64,000 nucleotides of DNA from an uncultured Candidatus Saccharibacteria bacterium (GTDB lineage Bacteria > Patescibacteriota > Doudnabacteria > UBA920 > 2-01-FULL-46-14): positions 24,080 through 88,079 of the forward strand of contig CAZMCQ010000003.1 in NCBI GenBank assembly GCA_964565195.1. Direction: 5' to 3'. Shown here piece by piece: positions 1-9,591 of the stretch. Positions within the stretch are counted from its first letter, which is position 1; each line of letters opens with the position of its first letter. A program made the translations under genes and the position numbers. The notes under the pieces were generated by a model, which was not told the origin of the DNA, did not search any database, and saw only the letters and a list, made by a program, of their open reading frames with translations.

Positions 1-40
1 ACATCACGGTCAAGAAGACCACACAATAAAATTTTCTCAT
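1..40 (-). CDS. 5' fragment of a probable secreted protein running off the left edge (MRKFYCVVFLTVM...)
   Basis: Minus-strand ATG at 40 preceded by SD AAGGAGGGAGT; candidate promoter TTGGCA(99-94)-17 nt-TAGACT(76-71); signal-peptide-like start. Confidence 0.6.
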   Translation of the reverse strand, partial: MRKFYCVVFLTVM

Positions 41-244
41 ACTCCCTCCTTGGGTGTATTTTCCAAGTTCAGTCTAATGGAACTTATTGATTTTGCCAAG
101 TTCTGCTGGGGGCCCGTTGAAAGAATGATTTTTCGCTTCCTGTCAAGACCCTTATGTCTTGACAGGAAGGGGCTAAAATAGGGAAAATTTAAGTGCCAAT
201 ACTTTCAAAGTTTGGCACTTTTTGTTATTCTTATCTGGTGTTTT

Positions 245-475
245 ATGCCAGATGAGAAACAAAAACCCCCGATAAATCGCGGCGAACTTATCTCCATTGC
301 CTTTGAGCTCGGCTTTATCATTGCCCTGCCTGTGGTGATTTTCGGACTTGGCGGCAAATGGCTGGACGCCAAAATGGGGACAGCGCCCATGTTTACATTG
401 ATTGGTATTCTCACCGCGATCGTCTCTACAAGTGTATGGATTTATAGGAAGTTTAAGAGTTACTTTAAACAATAA
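245..475 (+). CDS. AtpZ/AtpI-family two-helix membrane protein
   Basis: ELGFIIALP...GKWLDAKMGTAPMFTLIG pattern; first gene of the atp operon. Confidence 0.8.
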   Translation: MPDEKQKPPINRGELISIAFELGFIIALPVVIFGLGGKWLDAKMGTAPMFTLIGILTAIVSTSVWIYRKFKSYFKQ

Positions 476-537
476 ATTTCTATGAATTTCGTTAGGGAAT
501 GAAACTGGTAGAAACTTATAGAAATTAATCGAAACTT
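472..537. repeat. 10-nt periodic AT-rich intergenic repeat (family E)
   Basis: GAAACTGGTA GAAACTTATA GAAATTAATC GAAACTT preceded by AATTTC units; similar to 41138-41193. Confidence 0.55.
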
Positions 538-548
538 ATTGTAAGATT

Positions 549-1346
549 ATGATTTTCGCGATTCCTCCCTTAGCAGCAGAAACCATCTTTTCCATCGGCA
601 GCTTTCCGGTTACCAACACAGTTATTAATTCTTTTGCGGCCGTGGTTTTGTTTTTGATTTTGGGATTGATCCTCCGCAAAGGCACACAGGAAATTCCGGG
701 CAAGATGCAGAATTTCGCCGAGAGCATCCTCGAAGTGATTTTGAACTATATGGATCAGGTGACACATGACAGGAAAAAGTCCATGAAGTTTTTGCCGCTC
801 GTGGGCACGCTCTTTTTGTTTATTCTGATCTCCAACTGGATTGGCGTTTTTCCGGGCATTGGTTCCATCGGACGTTATCTCGTGCACGAAGGCGAGGTTG
901 AACTTATTCCGATCTTTCGTCCCGCGAACACGGACCTCAATATGACGCTCGCGATGGCGATTCTCGGCATCGCAATGACGCATATCTTCGGGATCATGGC
1001 CATCGGGTTTTGGAAGTATGCCAATAAATTTATCAAGTTCGGCGATATTTGGAAAAGTTTTCATAAAGGCGGCATTTCAATCTTTGTGGCCGTGGTGGAG
1101 TTTTTTGTCGGCCTCATCGAAATTTTTTCCGAGATTGCCAAAATGATCTCGCTCTCGCTTCGTCTGTTCGGCAATGTTTTCGCCGGCGAGGTGCTGCTCA
1201 CGGTTATGGCCTCGCTGCTCGCATTTCTCGTTCCGCTGCCGTTCATTGGCCTTGAGATATTGGTCGGTATGATTCAGGCCATCGTGTTTGCGATGCTTAT
1301 TCTGGTTTTTGCGAGCATGGCCACGACGGAAGTGGAGCATGGGTGA
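549..1346 (+). CDS. atpB: F0F1 ATP synthase subunit a
   Basis: SLSLRLFGNVFAGE and QAIVFAML motifs. Confidence 0.97.
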   Translation: MIFAIPPLAAETIFSIGSFPVTNTVINSFAAVVLFLILGLILRKGTQEIPGKMQNFAESILEVILNYMDQVTHDRKKSMKFLPLVGTLFLFILISNWIGVFPGIGSIGRYLVHEGEVELIPIFRPANTDLNMTLAMAILGIAMTHIFGIMAIGFWKYANKFIKFGDIWKSFHKGGISIFVAVVEFFVGLIEIFSEIAKMISLSLRLFGNVFAGEVLLTVMASLLAFLVPLPFIGLEILVGMIQAIVFAMLILVFASMATTEVEHG

Positions 1347-1440
1347 ATGTAAAAATGAAATATCAAAAATAAAAATGACAGTTAAAAATTTTAAAATTTT
1401 ACATTGTAATTTTACATTTTGATTTTTGAATTTTGAATTA
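1347..1440. repeat. ~95-nt AT-rich imperfect palindrome with 7-nt periodicity (family C)
   Basis: Close copies at 2652-2744 and 41613-41705. Confidence 0.85.
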
Positions 1441-1517
1441 TCGTTGCATCCGCCGACCAAATAAATCCAAAGAATAATTAATCGGTCGAGCAAGATGCGG
1501 AAAGGAATTTAATCATT

Positions 1518-1742
1518 ATGGCACTCGATGCAGAAACAGCCACGGTGCTGGCCAAGGGCATGACCATTGCGCTTGGCGGGGCGCTGCCGGCCTGGGCCAT
1601 CGGCAAGACGGCCTCGAAAGCGATGGAATCCATCGGCCGCAACCCGGAGTCAACGGACAAGATTTTCGTCCCCATGCTGCTCGGCATGGCCTTTGCCGAA
1701 GCCATCGCGATTTACGCGCTGGTGATCACCTTTATTTTGTAA
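1518..1742 (+). CDS. atpE: F0F1 ATP synthase subunit c
   Basis: GRNPE loop; AEAIAIY with the catalytic Glu. Confidence 0.97.
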   Translation: MALDAETATVLAKGMTIALGGALPAWAIGKTASKAMESIGRNPESTDKIFVPMLLGMAFAEAIAIYALVITFIL

Positions 1743-1747
1743 TTTAT

Positions 1748-2257
1748 ATGGCTGCGCCAGAACCAAATTTCATCGGCACCCTCGGCCTCAACTGGAAGCT
1801 GTTTTTGGCGCAGCTTGTAAATTTTGGTGTGGTGCTTTTTATCTTGTGGCGGTGGGTGTTCAAGCCCGTGGGCGGCGCTTTGGAAGGCCGCCGCCAGAAG
1901 ATCGAAAAAGCCGTGCGCGATGCGGAAGAGATTGAAAAACGGATGGCTGAAGTTGCGCAGACGACTGAAAATAAGATTAGCAAAGCCCGTGCCGAGGCAG
2001 ACGGCTTGATGGCGAAGGCCGAAAAGCAGGCGGCAGACATAAGAGAACAAACCGTTGCGGCCGCCCGTATCGAAGCGGAACGGATGCTCGCCGGGACGCG
2101 CGAGACGATCGAGAACGAGAAGGATAAAATGTTCAAAGAAGTCCGTGAAGAAGTGGCGGCCCTTACAGTGATGGCCGCGGAGAAGATTCTGCGCCAAGAG
2201 ATGAAACCAGAAAAGCAAAAAGAGCTCACGGCCGAGGCATTAAAGATATTGAAATGA
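1748..2257 (+). CDS. atpF: F0F1 ATP synthase subunit b
   Basis: AQLVNF transmembrane segment plus long coiled coil; operon position. Confidence 0.95.
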   Translation: MAAPEPNFIGTLGLNWKLFLAQLVNFGVVLFILWRWVFKPVGGALEGRRQKIEKAVRDAEEIEKRMAEVAQTTENKISKARAEADGLMAKAEKQAADIREQTVAAARIEAERMLAGTRETIENEKDKMFKEVREEVAALTVMAAEKILRQEMKPEKQKELTAEALKILK

Positions 2258-2652
2258 AATTTACCACCCGACAATATGCGCAAGCCCTTTTTTCGGCAAT
2301 TTCAGAAGTAAGTACGGCCGATCACGACAAGATAATCAATAATTTCGCGGCCATTTTGCAAAAAAACGGCGACCTCGGCCTTGTAGACAGAATTGAAGAA
2401 GAATTCCGGGCCATTGACCGCGAGAGCAAGGGAATTAAGCTGGCGGAAGTGACAACAGCGCATACCCTTACGGAGGAAGAGGAAAAACGTCTGGTGCAAA
2501 AACTCAATGACTACGTCAAGGGAGAAGTGGAGATTAAAAAACGCCTTGACGAAGGACTGATCGGCGGAGTGATGGTGAAGATCGGCGACGAACTTATAGA
2601 CGGATCAGTGAAGAGACAGTTGCAGGATTTGAAAGATGATTTGTCGAAATAA
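2254..2652 (+). CDS. atpH: F0F1 ATP synthase subunit delta (short form)
   Basis: RQYAQALF start; LIGGVMVKIGDELIDGSV end. Confidence 0.93.
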   Translation: MKFTTRQYAQALFSAISEVSTADHDKIINNFAAILQKNGDLGLVDRIEEEFRAIDRESKGIKLAEVTTAHTLTEEEEKRLVQKLNDYVKGEVEIKKRLDEGLIGGVMVKIGDELIDGSVKRQLQDLKDDLSK

Positions 2653-2744
2653 TGCAAAAATCAAATATCAAAAATAAAAATGACAGTTAGAAATTTTAAA
2701 ATTTTAGATTGTAATTTTGCATTTTGATTTTTAAATTTTGAATT
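2652..2744. repeat. family C AT-rich palindrome
   Basis: AAATATCAAAAATAAAAATGACAGTTA...ATTTTGATTTTTAAATTTTGAATTA shared with 1347-1440. Confidence 0.85.
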
Positions 2745-4253
2745 ATGAAAACCGACGAGATTATTGGACAGCTAAAGAAACGCATCACTGGATTTCAGAT
2801 TGAGACTAAAATCGAGCGTGTCGGCGAAGTTTTGCAGGTTGGCGACGGCGTGGCATCCATCTCCGGGCTTTCCCAGGTCGCGGCGTCCGAAATCGTCGAA
2901 TTTGAGACCGAGGCAGGCAAAGTTTCGGGCGTGGTTTTGAACCTCGAAGAAGACCGGGTTGGCGCTGTCGTGCTCGGCGCGCAGGAAGCCATTCGCGAAG
3001 GCGCGCGCGTCCGCGCCACTGGGCGGATTTTGTCAGTGCCGGTCGGGGAGGGGATTATCGGGCGCGTGGTGAGTGCACTTGGTGTCCCGGTGGATGGAAA
3101 AGCAGCTGTCAAAAGCGAGAAATTTTACCCTGTCGAAAAGATCGCGCCCGGGGTTATCACCCGCGAGGGAGTCAAGACGCCGCTGCAGACTGGGATCAAG
3201 GCCATTGATGCAATGATCCCGATCGGCCGCGGCCAGCGCGAGCTCATCATCGGCGACCGCCAGACCGGCAAGACCGCGATCGCCATTGATGCGATCATCA
3301 ATCAAAAAGGCCAGGACGTGATCTGCATTTATGTGGCGATCGGCCAGAAAGAGTCCAAAGTCGCCAAAATTGTTGCCGAACTTGAGGCGCGCGGCGCCAT
3401 GGCCTATACCATTGTCGTCGTGGCCGGCGCTTCGGATCCAGCCGCGCTTTCGTATATCGCGCCGTATGCGGGCTGCGCGATGGGGGAGTACTTTATGGAC
3501 AAGGGCCGCGATGCTTTGGTCGTTTATGACGATTTGTCAAAACACGCCGTGGCGTACCGCGAAATTTCGCTGCTGCTCCGCCGGCCGCCGGGCCGCGAGG
3601 CGTATCCCGGTGACGTGTTCTATCTACATTCGCGCCTGCTCGAGCGCGCCGCCAAACTCAACAAAGATTTCGGCGGTGGCTCGCTTACGGCGCTCCCGAT
3701 CATCGAAACGCAGGCCGGCGATGTCTCGGCCTATATTCCGACCAATGTCATCTCCATCACGGATGGACAGATTTATCTCGAAACCGATCTTTTCTATCAG
3801 GGCATTCGTCCCGCGCTCAACGTCGGTTTGTCAGTCTCGCGCGTCGGCTCGGCCGCGCAGACCCGCGCCATGAAGAAAGTGGCCGGCAAGCTCCGGCTCG
3901 AGCTCGCGCAGTTCCGCGAGCTGGCGGCCTTCGCGCAGTTTGCCTCGGACCTCGATGAGAACACGCGCAAGCAGATTGAGCGCGGCAAGCGTATCACCGA
4001 AGTTTTGAAACAGCCGCAGTACGCGCCGATGCCGGTTGAACATCAGGTGGCGATTGTTTATGCCGTGACGAACGGCTTCCTCGACGACATTGCCGTGGAA
4101 AAAATCGCGGATTTCGAGCATAAATTCCATCAGTATCTGGATCGAAGTTATAAAGAACTTTTAAATCAGATCCGCGTAAAACGAGAGCTTGATGAATCGA
4201 CCGAGGCAAGACTTAAAAAAATAATTGAGGAATTTAAAAAGGGATATCAGTAG
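2745..4253 (+). CDS. atpA: F0F1 ATP synthase subunit alpha
   Basis: GDRQTGKT and [20 protein letters not shown] motifs. Confidence 0.99.
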   Translation: MKTDEIIGQLKKRITGFQIETKIERVGEVLQVGDGVASISGLSQVAASEIVEFETEAGKVSGVVLNLEEDRVGAVVLGAQEAIREGARVRATGRILSVPVGEGIIGRVVSALGVPVDGKAAVKSEKFYPVEKIAPGVITREGVKTPLQTGIKAIDAMIPIGRGQRELIIGDRQTGKTAIAIDAIINQKGQDVICIYVAIGQKESKVAKIVAELEARGAMAYTIVVVAGASDPAALSYIAPYAGCAMGEYFMDKGRDALVVYDDLSKHAVAYREISLLLRRPPGREAYPGDVFYLHSRLLERAAKLNKDFGGGSLTALPIIETQAGDVSAYIPTNVISITDGQIYLETDLFYQGIRPALNVGLSVSRVGSAAQTRAMKKVAGKLRLELAQFRELAAFAQFASDLDENTRKQIERGKRITEVLKQPQYAPMPVEHQVAIVYAVTNGFLDDIAVEKIADFEHKFHQYLDRSYKELLNQIRVKRELDESTEARLKKIIEEFKKGYQ

Positions 4254-4305
4254 AATTAACCTAATTATTCTAATTTCTAATTACCCTTAGAAATTTACAG
4301 ACGTT

Positions 4306-5202
4306 ATGGCATCCACTAAAGAAATCAGAAGAAGAATAAGATCAATCCGTAGCACCCGGCAAATTACGAAGGCCATGGAGCTGGTTTCTGCGGCGAAGAT
4401 GCGTCGCGCGCAGCAGCAGGCGCTCTCCTCGCGGACCTATGCGCGCCTCGTCTGGGAACTGGTTTCCAATCTCATGCCGCAGACTCATCCGGAGCTCCAT
4501 CGTCTTTTGCGGGAGCCGCAGAATGGAAGGAAAACCGCGATTATCCTGATGGCTTCGAACCGCGGCCTCATTGGCGCGTTCAATAATAACATTACTGCCA
4601 AAGGGTTTGACTACGCTAAAACGCAGAGTGCCGTTGCATTCATCACGCTCGGAAACAAGGGCCGCGAAACAGTCAAAAAAACCTCCGAGGTCGCCGCGGA
4701 TTTTGAGAAACTTGACGCGGCGGCGGATGTTCTGGAAATCCGGCCAGTCGCCAAACTGGTTACCGAAGATTTCATCTCCGGAAAATATGACCGCGTGGTT
4801 GTCGTGTACATGCGATTTGTGAGCACGCTTACGCAGGTGCCGGAAGTTCTGGAATTGCTACCCCTCCCTCAATCCCTCCCACAAGGGGAGGGAAAAGAAG
4901 GATATTCCTCCCCCCTGGGTGGGGGAGGCAAGGTGGGGGGCGAATACCTCTTTGAACCCACCCCTGACGCGGTCCTCGAAACCCTGCTGCCGCGCCTTGT
5001 CGAGATGCAGATTTACCAGGCGCTCCTGGAGACCAACGCTGCCGAGCACTCGGCGCGCATGGTCGCGATGAAGAACGCGTCAGACGCGGCGAGTGATCTG
5101 GTGGATGACTTGACGCTTGAATACAACCAGATCCGGCAGGCAGGCATCACGACCGAGATAAGCGAGATCGTGGCGGGAAGATTAGCACTGCAAGAGAATT
5201 AA
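4306..5202 (+). CDS. atpG: F0F1 ATP synthase subunit gamma (with in-frame palindromic insert)
   Basis: QITKAMELVSAAK, ARMVAMKNASD and RQAGITTEISEI motifs. Confidence 0.98.
   Translation: MASTKEIRRRIRSIRSTRQITKAMELVSAAKMRRAQQQALSSRTYARLVWELVSNLMPQTHPELHRLLREPQNGRKTAIILMASNRGLIGAFNNNITAKGFDYAKTQSAVAFITLGNKGRETVKKTSEVAADFEKLDAAADVLEIRPVAKLVTEDFISGKYDRVVVVYMRFVSTLTQVPEVLELLPLPQSLPQGEGKEGYSSPLGGGGKVGGEYLFEPTPDAVLETLLPRLVEMQIYQALLETNAAEHSARMVAMKNASDAASDLVDDLTLEYNQIRQAGITTEISEIVAGRLALQEN
4861..4940. repeat. GC-rich CCCTCCC/GGGAGGG palindromic element (family B), in frame within atpG
   Basis: Two hairpins within outer C-run/G-run arms; encodes PLPQSLPQGEGKEGYSSPLGGGGKVGG. Confidence 0.85.
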
Positions 5203-5209
5203 GAATTAG

Positions 5210-6628
<1,419 letters not shown>

Positions 6629-6631
<3 letters not shown>

Positions 6632-6685
6632 CTTATAGGTGTTAGCTTTTAGGGCTATAAGCTATAACCTATTTCCTATAAGCTA
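6629..6685. repeat. 7-nt periodic TAGCTTA/CTATAAG palindrome (family D)
   Basis: Related copies at 42382-42470 and a half copy at 39460-39490. Confidence 0.75.
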
Positions 6686-6690
6686 GTTTT

Positions 6691-7125
6691 ATGGCAAAAA
6701 TGAAACTGAAGATAGCCACCCCCGAGCGTGTCATTTATGAGGCGGACGTAGATGCCGTGTCTTGCCCCACCGAAATGGGTGAGATTACGATTCTGCCCAA
6801 TCATATCCCGCTCGTGGCCAACCTGAAGCCCGGCGAGCTGAAAGTCATGGACAATAGCGAGCCGCGCTACATTTTTGTGGCCGGCGGTTTTGTGGAGGTC
6901 CGGCCCGGCAATGAAGTGATGATTTTGGCTGATGCGGCCGAGCGTGAGGAAGAGATAGATATTGCCCGCGCCGAAGAAGCGCGCAAGCGGGCGCAGAAAC
7001 TTCTTGGTGAGAAGATCCAAAGTGAAGAGGAGTACGCGGCCGTGGCGGCCTCCCTGGAGAAATCTCTCGCCAGGTTGAAAATCTCAAAGCGACGCAAATA
7101 TCGGGACGTAGGAAAAAAAATGTAA
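6691..7125 (+). CDS. atpC: F0F1 ATP synthase subunit epsilon
   Basis: TPER, GEITILPNHIPL and GGFVEV motifs. Confidence 0.97.
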   Translation: MAKMKLKIATPERVIYEADVDAVSCPTEMGEITILPNHIPLVANLKPGELKVMDNSEPRYIFVAGGFVEVRPGNEVMILADAAEREEEIDIARAEEARKRAQKLLGEKIQSEEEYAAVAASLEKSLARLKISKRRKYRDVGKKM

Positions 7126-7169
7126 ATTTGCTACAATGTACAGGTTGGAATTTTGTTATAGGAGGAGTT

Positions 7170-7532
7170 ATGAGTATGCAACCTTTACTAATTTGCGCCT
7201 TGCGGCAGTCAGATACATACGTTGCGGATAAAACCGCGGAATTTGTCAGGTGTTTTCAAAAGCGACGAACGTCGGTCAGGCGCTTTCTGAAGGGAGTCAA
7301 ACCACCTGTAGACAAACGGGTGGAACTCGAGGTGCAGCTTCGTTTTTTTGTCCTTTTGGTGACTTTGCAAAAGGGCATCGCGGAAATTTCGCAGACAATG
7401 GAGCGGAAGCCACACAAAACCTTTGAGGTTGTGGCAAGGAAAATTTTGGTGCTCGAGCGTCTGCAGGGGGAGATTGCCGGGCGACTTGCGCGGGCCAAGT
7501 GCGAAATGCGCAGCTTGGTTAGGACGTATTAA
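7170..7532 (+). CDS. hypothetical helical protein
   Basis: ORF with SD AGGAGG and its own terminator. Confidence 0.6.
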   Translation: MSMQPLLICALRQSDTYVADKTAEFVRCFQKRRTSVRRFLKGVKPPVDKRVELEVQLRFFVLLVTLQKGIAEISQTMERKPHKTFEVVARKILVLERLQGEIAGRLARAKCEMRSLVRTY

Positions 7533-7546
7533 GAAGCAACATTTGC

Positions 7547-7580
7547 AAGGTGCGGATCCACCCGGGTCCGCCCCTTTTTT
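7547..7580 (+). terminator. intrinsic terminator
   Basis: GCGGATCC/GGGTCCGC stem plus T tract. Confidence 0.7.
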
Positions 7581-7602
7581 ATTTATATGCTAAACTTGCT
7601 TT

Positions 7603-8970
7603 ATGGAATTCGTATGGCCGGATAGATCAGCGCTTTCGCAGGGTGGTTTTGAAATTGTCAAAAAATTGCGGGTCAAAGGTTTTGAGGCATTCGTTGCCGG
7701 AGGCGCGGTGCGCGACGCTTTATTGAAAAGGCCGATACGCGAGATAGACATCGCGACCTCGGCAACGCCAGCGCAAGTTAAGAAAATTTTTACCAAGACC
7801 ATACCGACAGGGGAGAAGCACGGGACGATAACGATAAGAATAAAAGATAACAATAATTATAACCATTATGAGGTTACCACATACCGCAAAGAAGGGCTGT
7901 ATCGCGATAACCGCCGGCCGAGCAGCGTTAAGTTCCTCAAAAGCGCCGAGGAAGACGCCAAGAGGCGCGATTTTACTGTTAACGCCTTATTCTATGACCC
8001 TGAAAAGAAGGCAGTTATAGACTATGTTTTGGGCATTGCTGATCTGAAAAAGAAGATTATCCGGCTTGTCGGCGACTCCGAAGCCCGGATTCGCGAGGAC
8101 GCGCTTCGGATGCTCCGCGCCGTGCGCATCGCGACAGAACTTGGCTTTGATATAGACCGCGACACCCGCCGCGCGATCCAGAAGAACGCAAAACTCATTC
8201 TCAAAATCTCCGCAGAGCGGATCAAACAAGAATTCGACCGGCTGTTAATGAGCGAGCATCCGTCAATCGGCATCGGCGTTTTGGACGTGCTCGGGCTATT
8301 GCAATTTATAATGCCCGAGCTGAAAAGGTGCCAGGGGGTGAGGCAACCGAGAAATCAACATTCGGAAGGGGATGTTTATGCCCACTCGCTCCTCGCGCTC
8401 GAGCAGGTGAATGAAGATTATGATCTTGCGACGCGCTATGCGGTTTTGTTTCATGATCTCGGCAAGGCCGAGACGCGCGTGGTACGACAGGGCCGCATGA
8501 CTTTTTACAATCACCCGCAGGTGGGCGAGACGATTGCGAAAAATATTTGCAAGCGCATGAAGTTCAGCCGTGCGGACAGTCGAAAAGTTGCGTGGCTCGT
8601 GCGTTACCACATGGTGCCTTTTGACTTTCCCGGGATGCGGCTTTCTACCCGCCGGAAGTGGGCGCAAAACCCGTATTTTCGCGATCTTTTGCGGGTCTAT
8701 TTGGCTGATGTAAAAGCCTCGATTCCTGCTATCGGCAGGCGCAGTGGACGACCAGTTGGCCTCCGCCAGGCCATTGATATTCTGCGCGAGCTGGATAACA
8801 AGCCGGAACTTTCCCTTCCCCTGATCAGTGGTTACGACGTGATGAAAATTTTGAAAATAAAATCCGGGCCAAAGGTCGGAGAGATACTAAAAAAAATTGA
8901 TGAACAAAAACTTTCTGGAAAATTAAAGTCAAAAACTGACGCGATAAATTTTTTAAAAAAAGAAAAATAA
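7603..8970 (+). CDS. cca: CCA tRNA nucleotidyltransferase with HD domain
   Basis: GGAVRD..EIDIAT, RRDFTVNA, EDALRMLRA and HDLGK motifs. Confidence 0.92.
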   Translation: MEFVWPDRSALSQGGFEIVKKLRVKGFEAFVAGGAVRDALLKRPIREIDIATSATPAQVKKIFTKTIPTGEKHGTITIRIKDNNNYNHYEVTTYRKEGLYRDNRRPSSVKFLKSAEEDAKRRDFTVNALFYDPEKKAVIDYVLGIADLKKKIIRLVGDSEARIREDALRMLRAVRIATELGFDIDRDTRRAIQKNAKLILKISAERIKQEFDRLLMSEHPSIGIGVLDVLGLLQFIMPELKRCQGVRQPRNQHSEGDVYAHSLLALEQVNEDYDLATRYAVLFHDLGKAETRVVRQGRMTFYNHPQVGETIAKNICKRMKFSRADSRKVAWLVRYHMVPFDFPGMRLSTRRKWAQNPYFRDLLRVYLADVKASIPAIGRRSGRPVGLRQAIDILRELDNKPELSLPLISGYDVMKILKIKSGPKVGEILKKIDEQKLSGKLKSKTDAINFLKKEK

Positions 8971-8982
8971 TCGCAAATTAAC

Positions 8983-9011
8983 TTGACAAAATCTTATCCA
9001 CATCGTAAAGT
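8983..9011 (+). promoter_or_regulatory. sigma70 promoter with a DnaA box in the spacer
   Basis: TTGACA(8983-8988)-17 nt-TAAAGT(9006-9011); TTATCCACA at 8994-9002. Confidence 0.7.
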
Positions 9012-9125
9012 TAATGTATAAATTGTAATTTAAAAATTTGAAAAGGAAACAAAAAAGTTTCCCAATCAAAGATAAAAAATAATTAAGTCCCCGATTTGAG
9101 ATCGGGAGACGGGAGAAAAAGAAGA

Positions 9126-9191
9126 ATGGCTAAGAAACGCAAGAAGGCCAAGAAATCTTCTCGCAAGAAGAGCCGCCGCAAGAGAGCCTAG
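9126..9191 (+). CDS. 21-aa Lys/Arg-rich peptide MAKKRKKAKKSSRKKSRRKRA
   Basis: ATG..TAG ORF between a consensus promoter and a terminator; below the ORF-track cutoff. Confidence 0.7.
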   Translation: MAKKRKKAKKSSRKKSRRKRA

Positions 9192-9213
9192 GTACTACGG
9201 CTCCACGGCTAGT

Positions 9214-9242
9214 AGAAAATCCGCCTCATCGGCGGATTTTCT
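9214..9242. terminator. bidirectional intrinsic terminator
   Basis: AGAAAATCCGCC-TCATC-GGCGGATTTTCT between the peptide ORF and convergent tRNAs. Confidence 0.8.
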
Positions 9243-9259
9243 GTTTGTAAAAATTCTTT

Positions 9260-9338
9260 TGGCGGGCCCGACCGGATTTGAACCGGCGATCTTCTCCGTG
9301 ACAGGGAGACGTGTTGGACCGGGCTACACCACGGGCCC
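9260..9338 (-). tRNA. tRNA-Asp(GTC)
   Basis: GGGCCCG acceptor stem, GTC anticodon, GTTCAAATC T-loop, encoded CCA. Confidence 0.95.
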
Positions 9339-9347
9339 CAACTCTAA

Positions 9348-9423
9348 TGGTAGCTGGGGTGGGGATCGAACCCACGACCTAAGGCTTATGAGTCCTTCGC
9401 TCTGCCAACTGAGCTACCCAGCC
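9348..9423 (-). tRNA. tRNA-CAT (elongator Met, or Ile2)
   Basis: GGCTGGGTAGCTCAGTTGG...CTCATAA...GTTCGATC...ACCA; identity cannot be settled by eye. Confidence 0.9.
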
Positions 9424-9424
9424 A

Positions 9425-9501
9425 TGGTTGCGGGGGCGGGATTTGAACCCGCGACCTCAAGGTTATGAGCCTTGCGAGCTACCAGACTGCTCTACCCCGC
9501 G
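9425..9501 (-). tRNA. initiator tRNA-fMet(CAT)
   Basis: CGCGGGG 5' end with C1:A72 mismatch, CAT anticodon, CCA end. Confidence 0.95.
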
Positions 9502-9591
9502 TCGTCGTCCTTTAGGGACTTCGCAATATTACCACGAATTGTGAAAAATTTCAAGGCGTGTTATGGTATTAGAAAATGCCAAGGGGGTGTC

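Noticed and set aside
1077-1493. 138-aa minus-strand ORF containing [18 protein letters not shown]
   Set aside because: Read-through of the family C repeat and antisense of atpB
8940-9090. AT-rich tract with a DnaA box as possible oriC
   Set aside because: Only one clear box, no dnaA/dnaN nearby and no change in gene strand bias
9259-9468. 69-aa ORF MAGPTGFEPAIF...
   Set aside because: Antisense translation of tRNA genes
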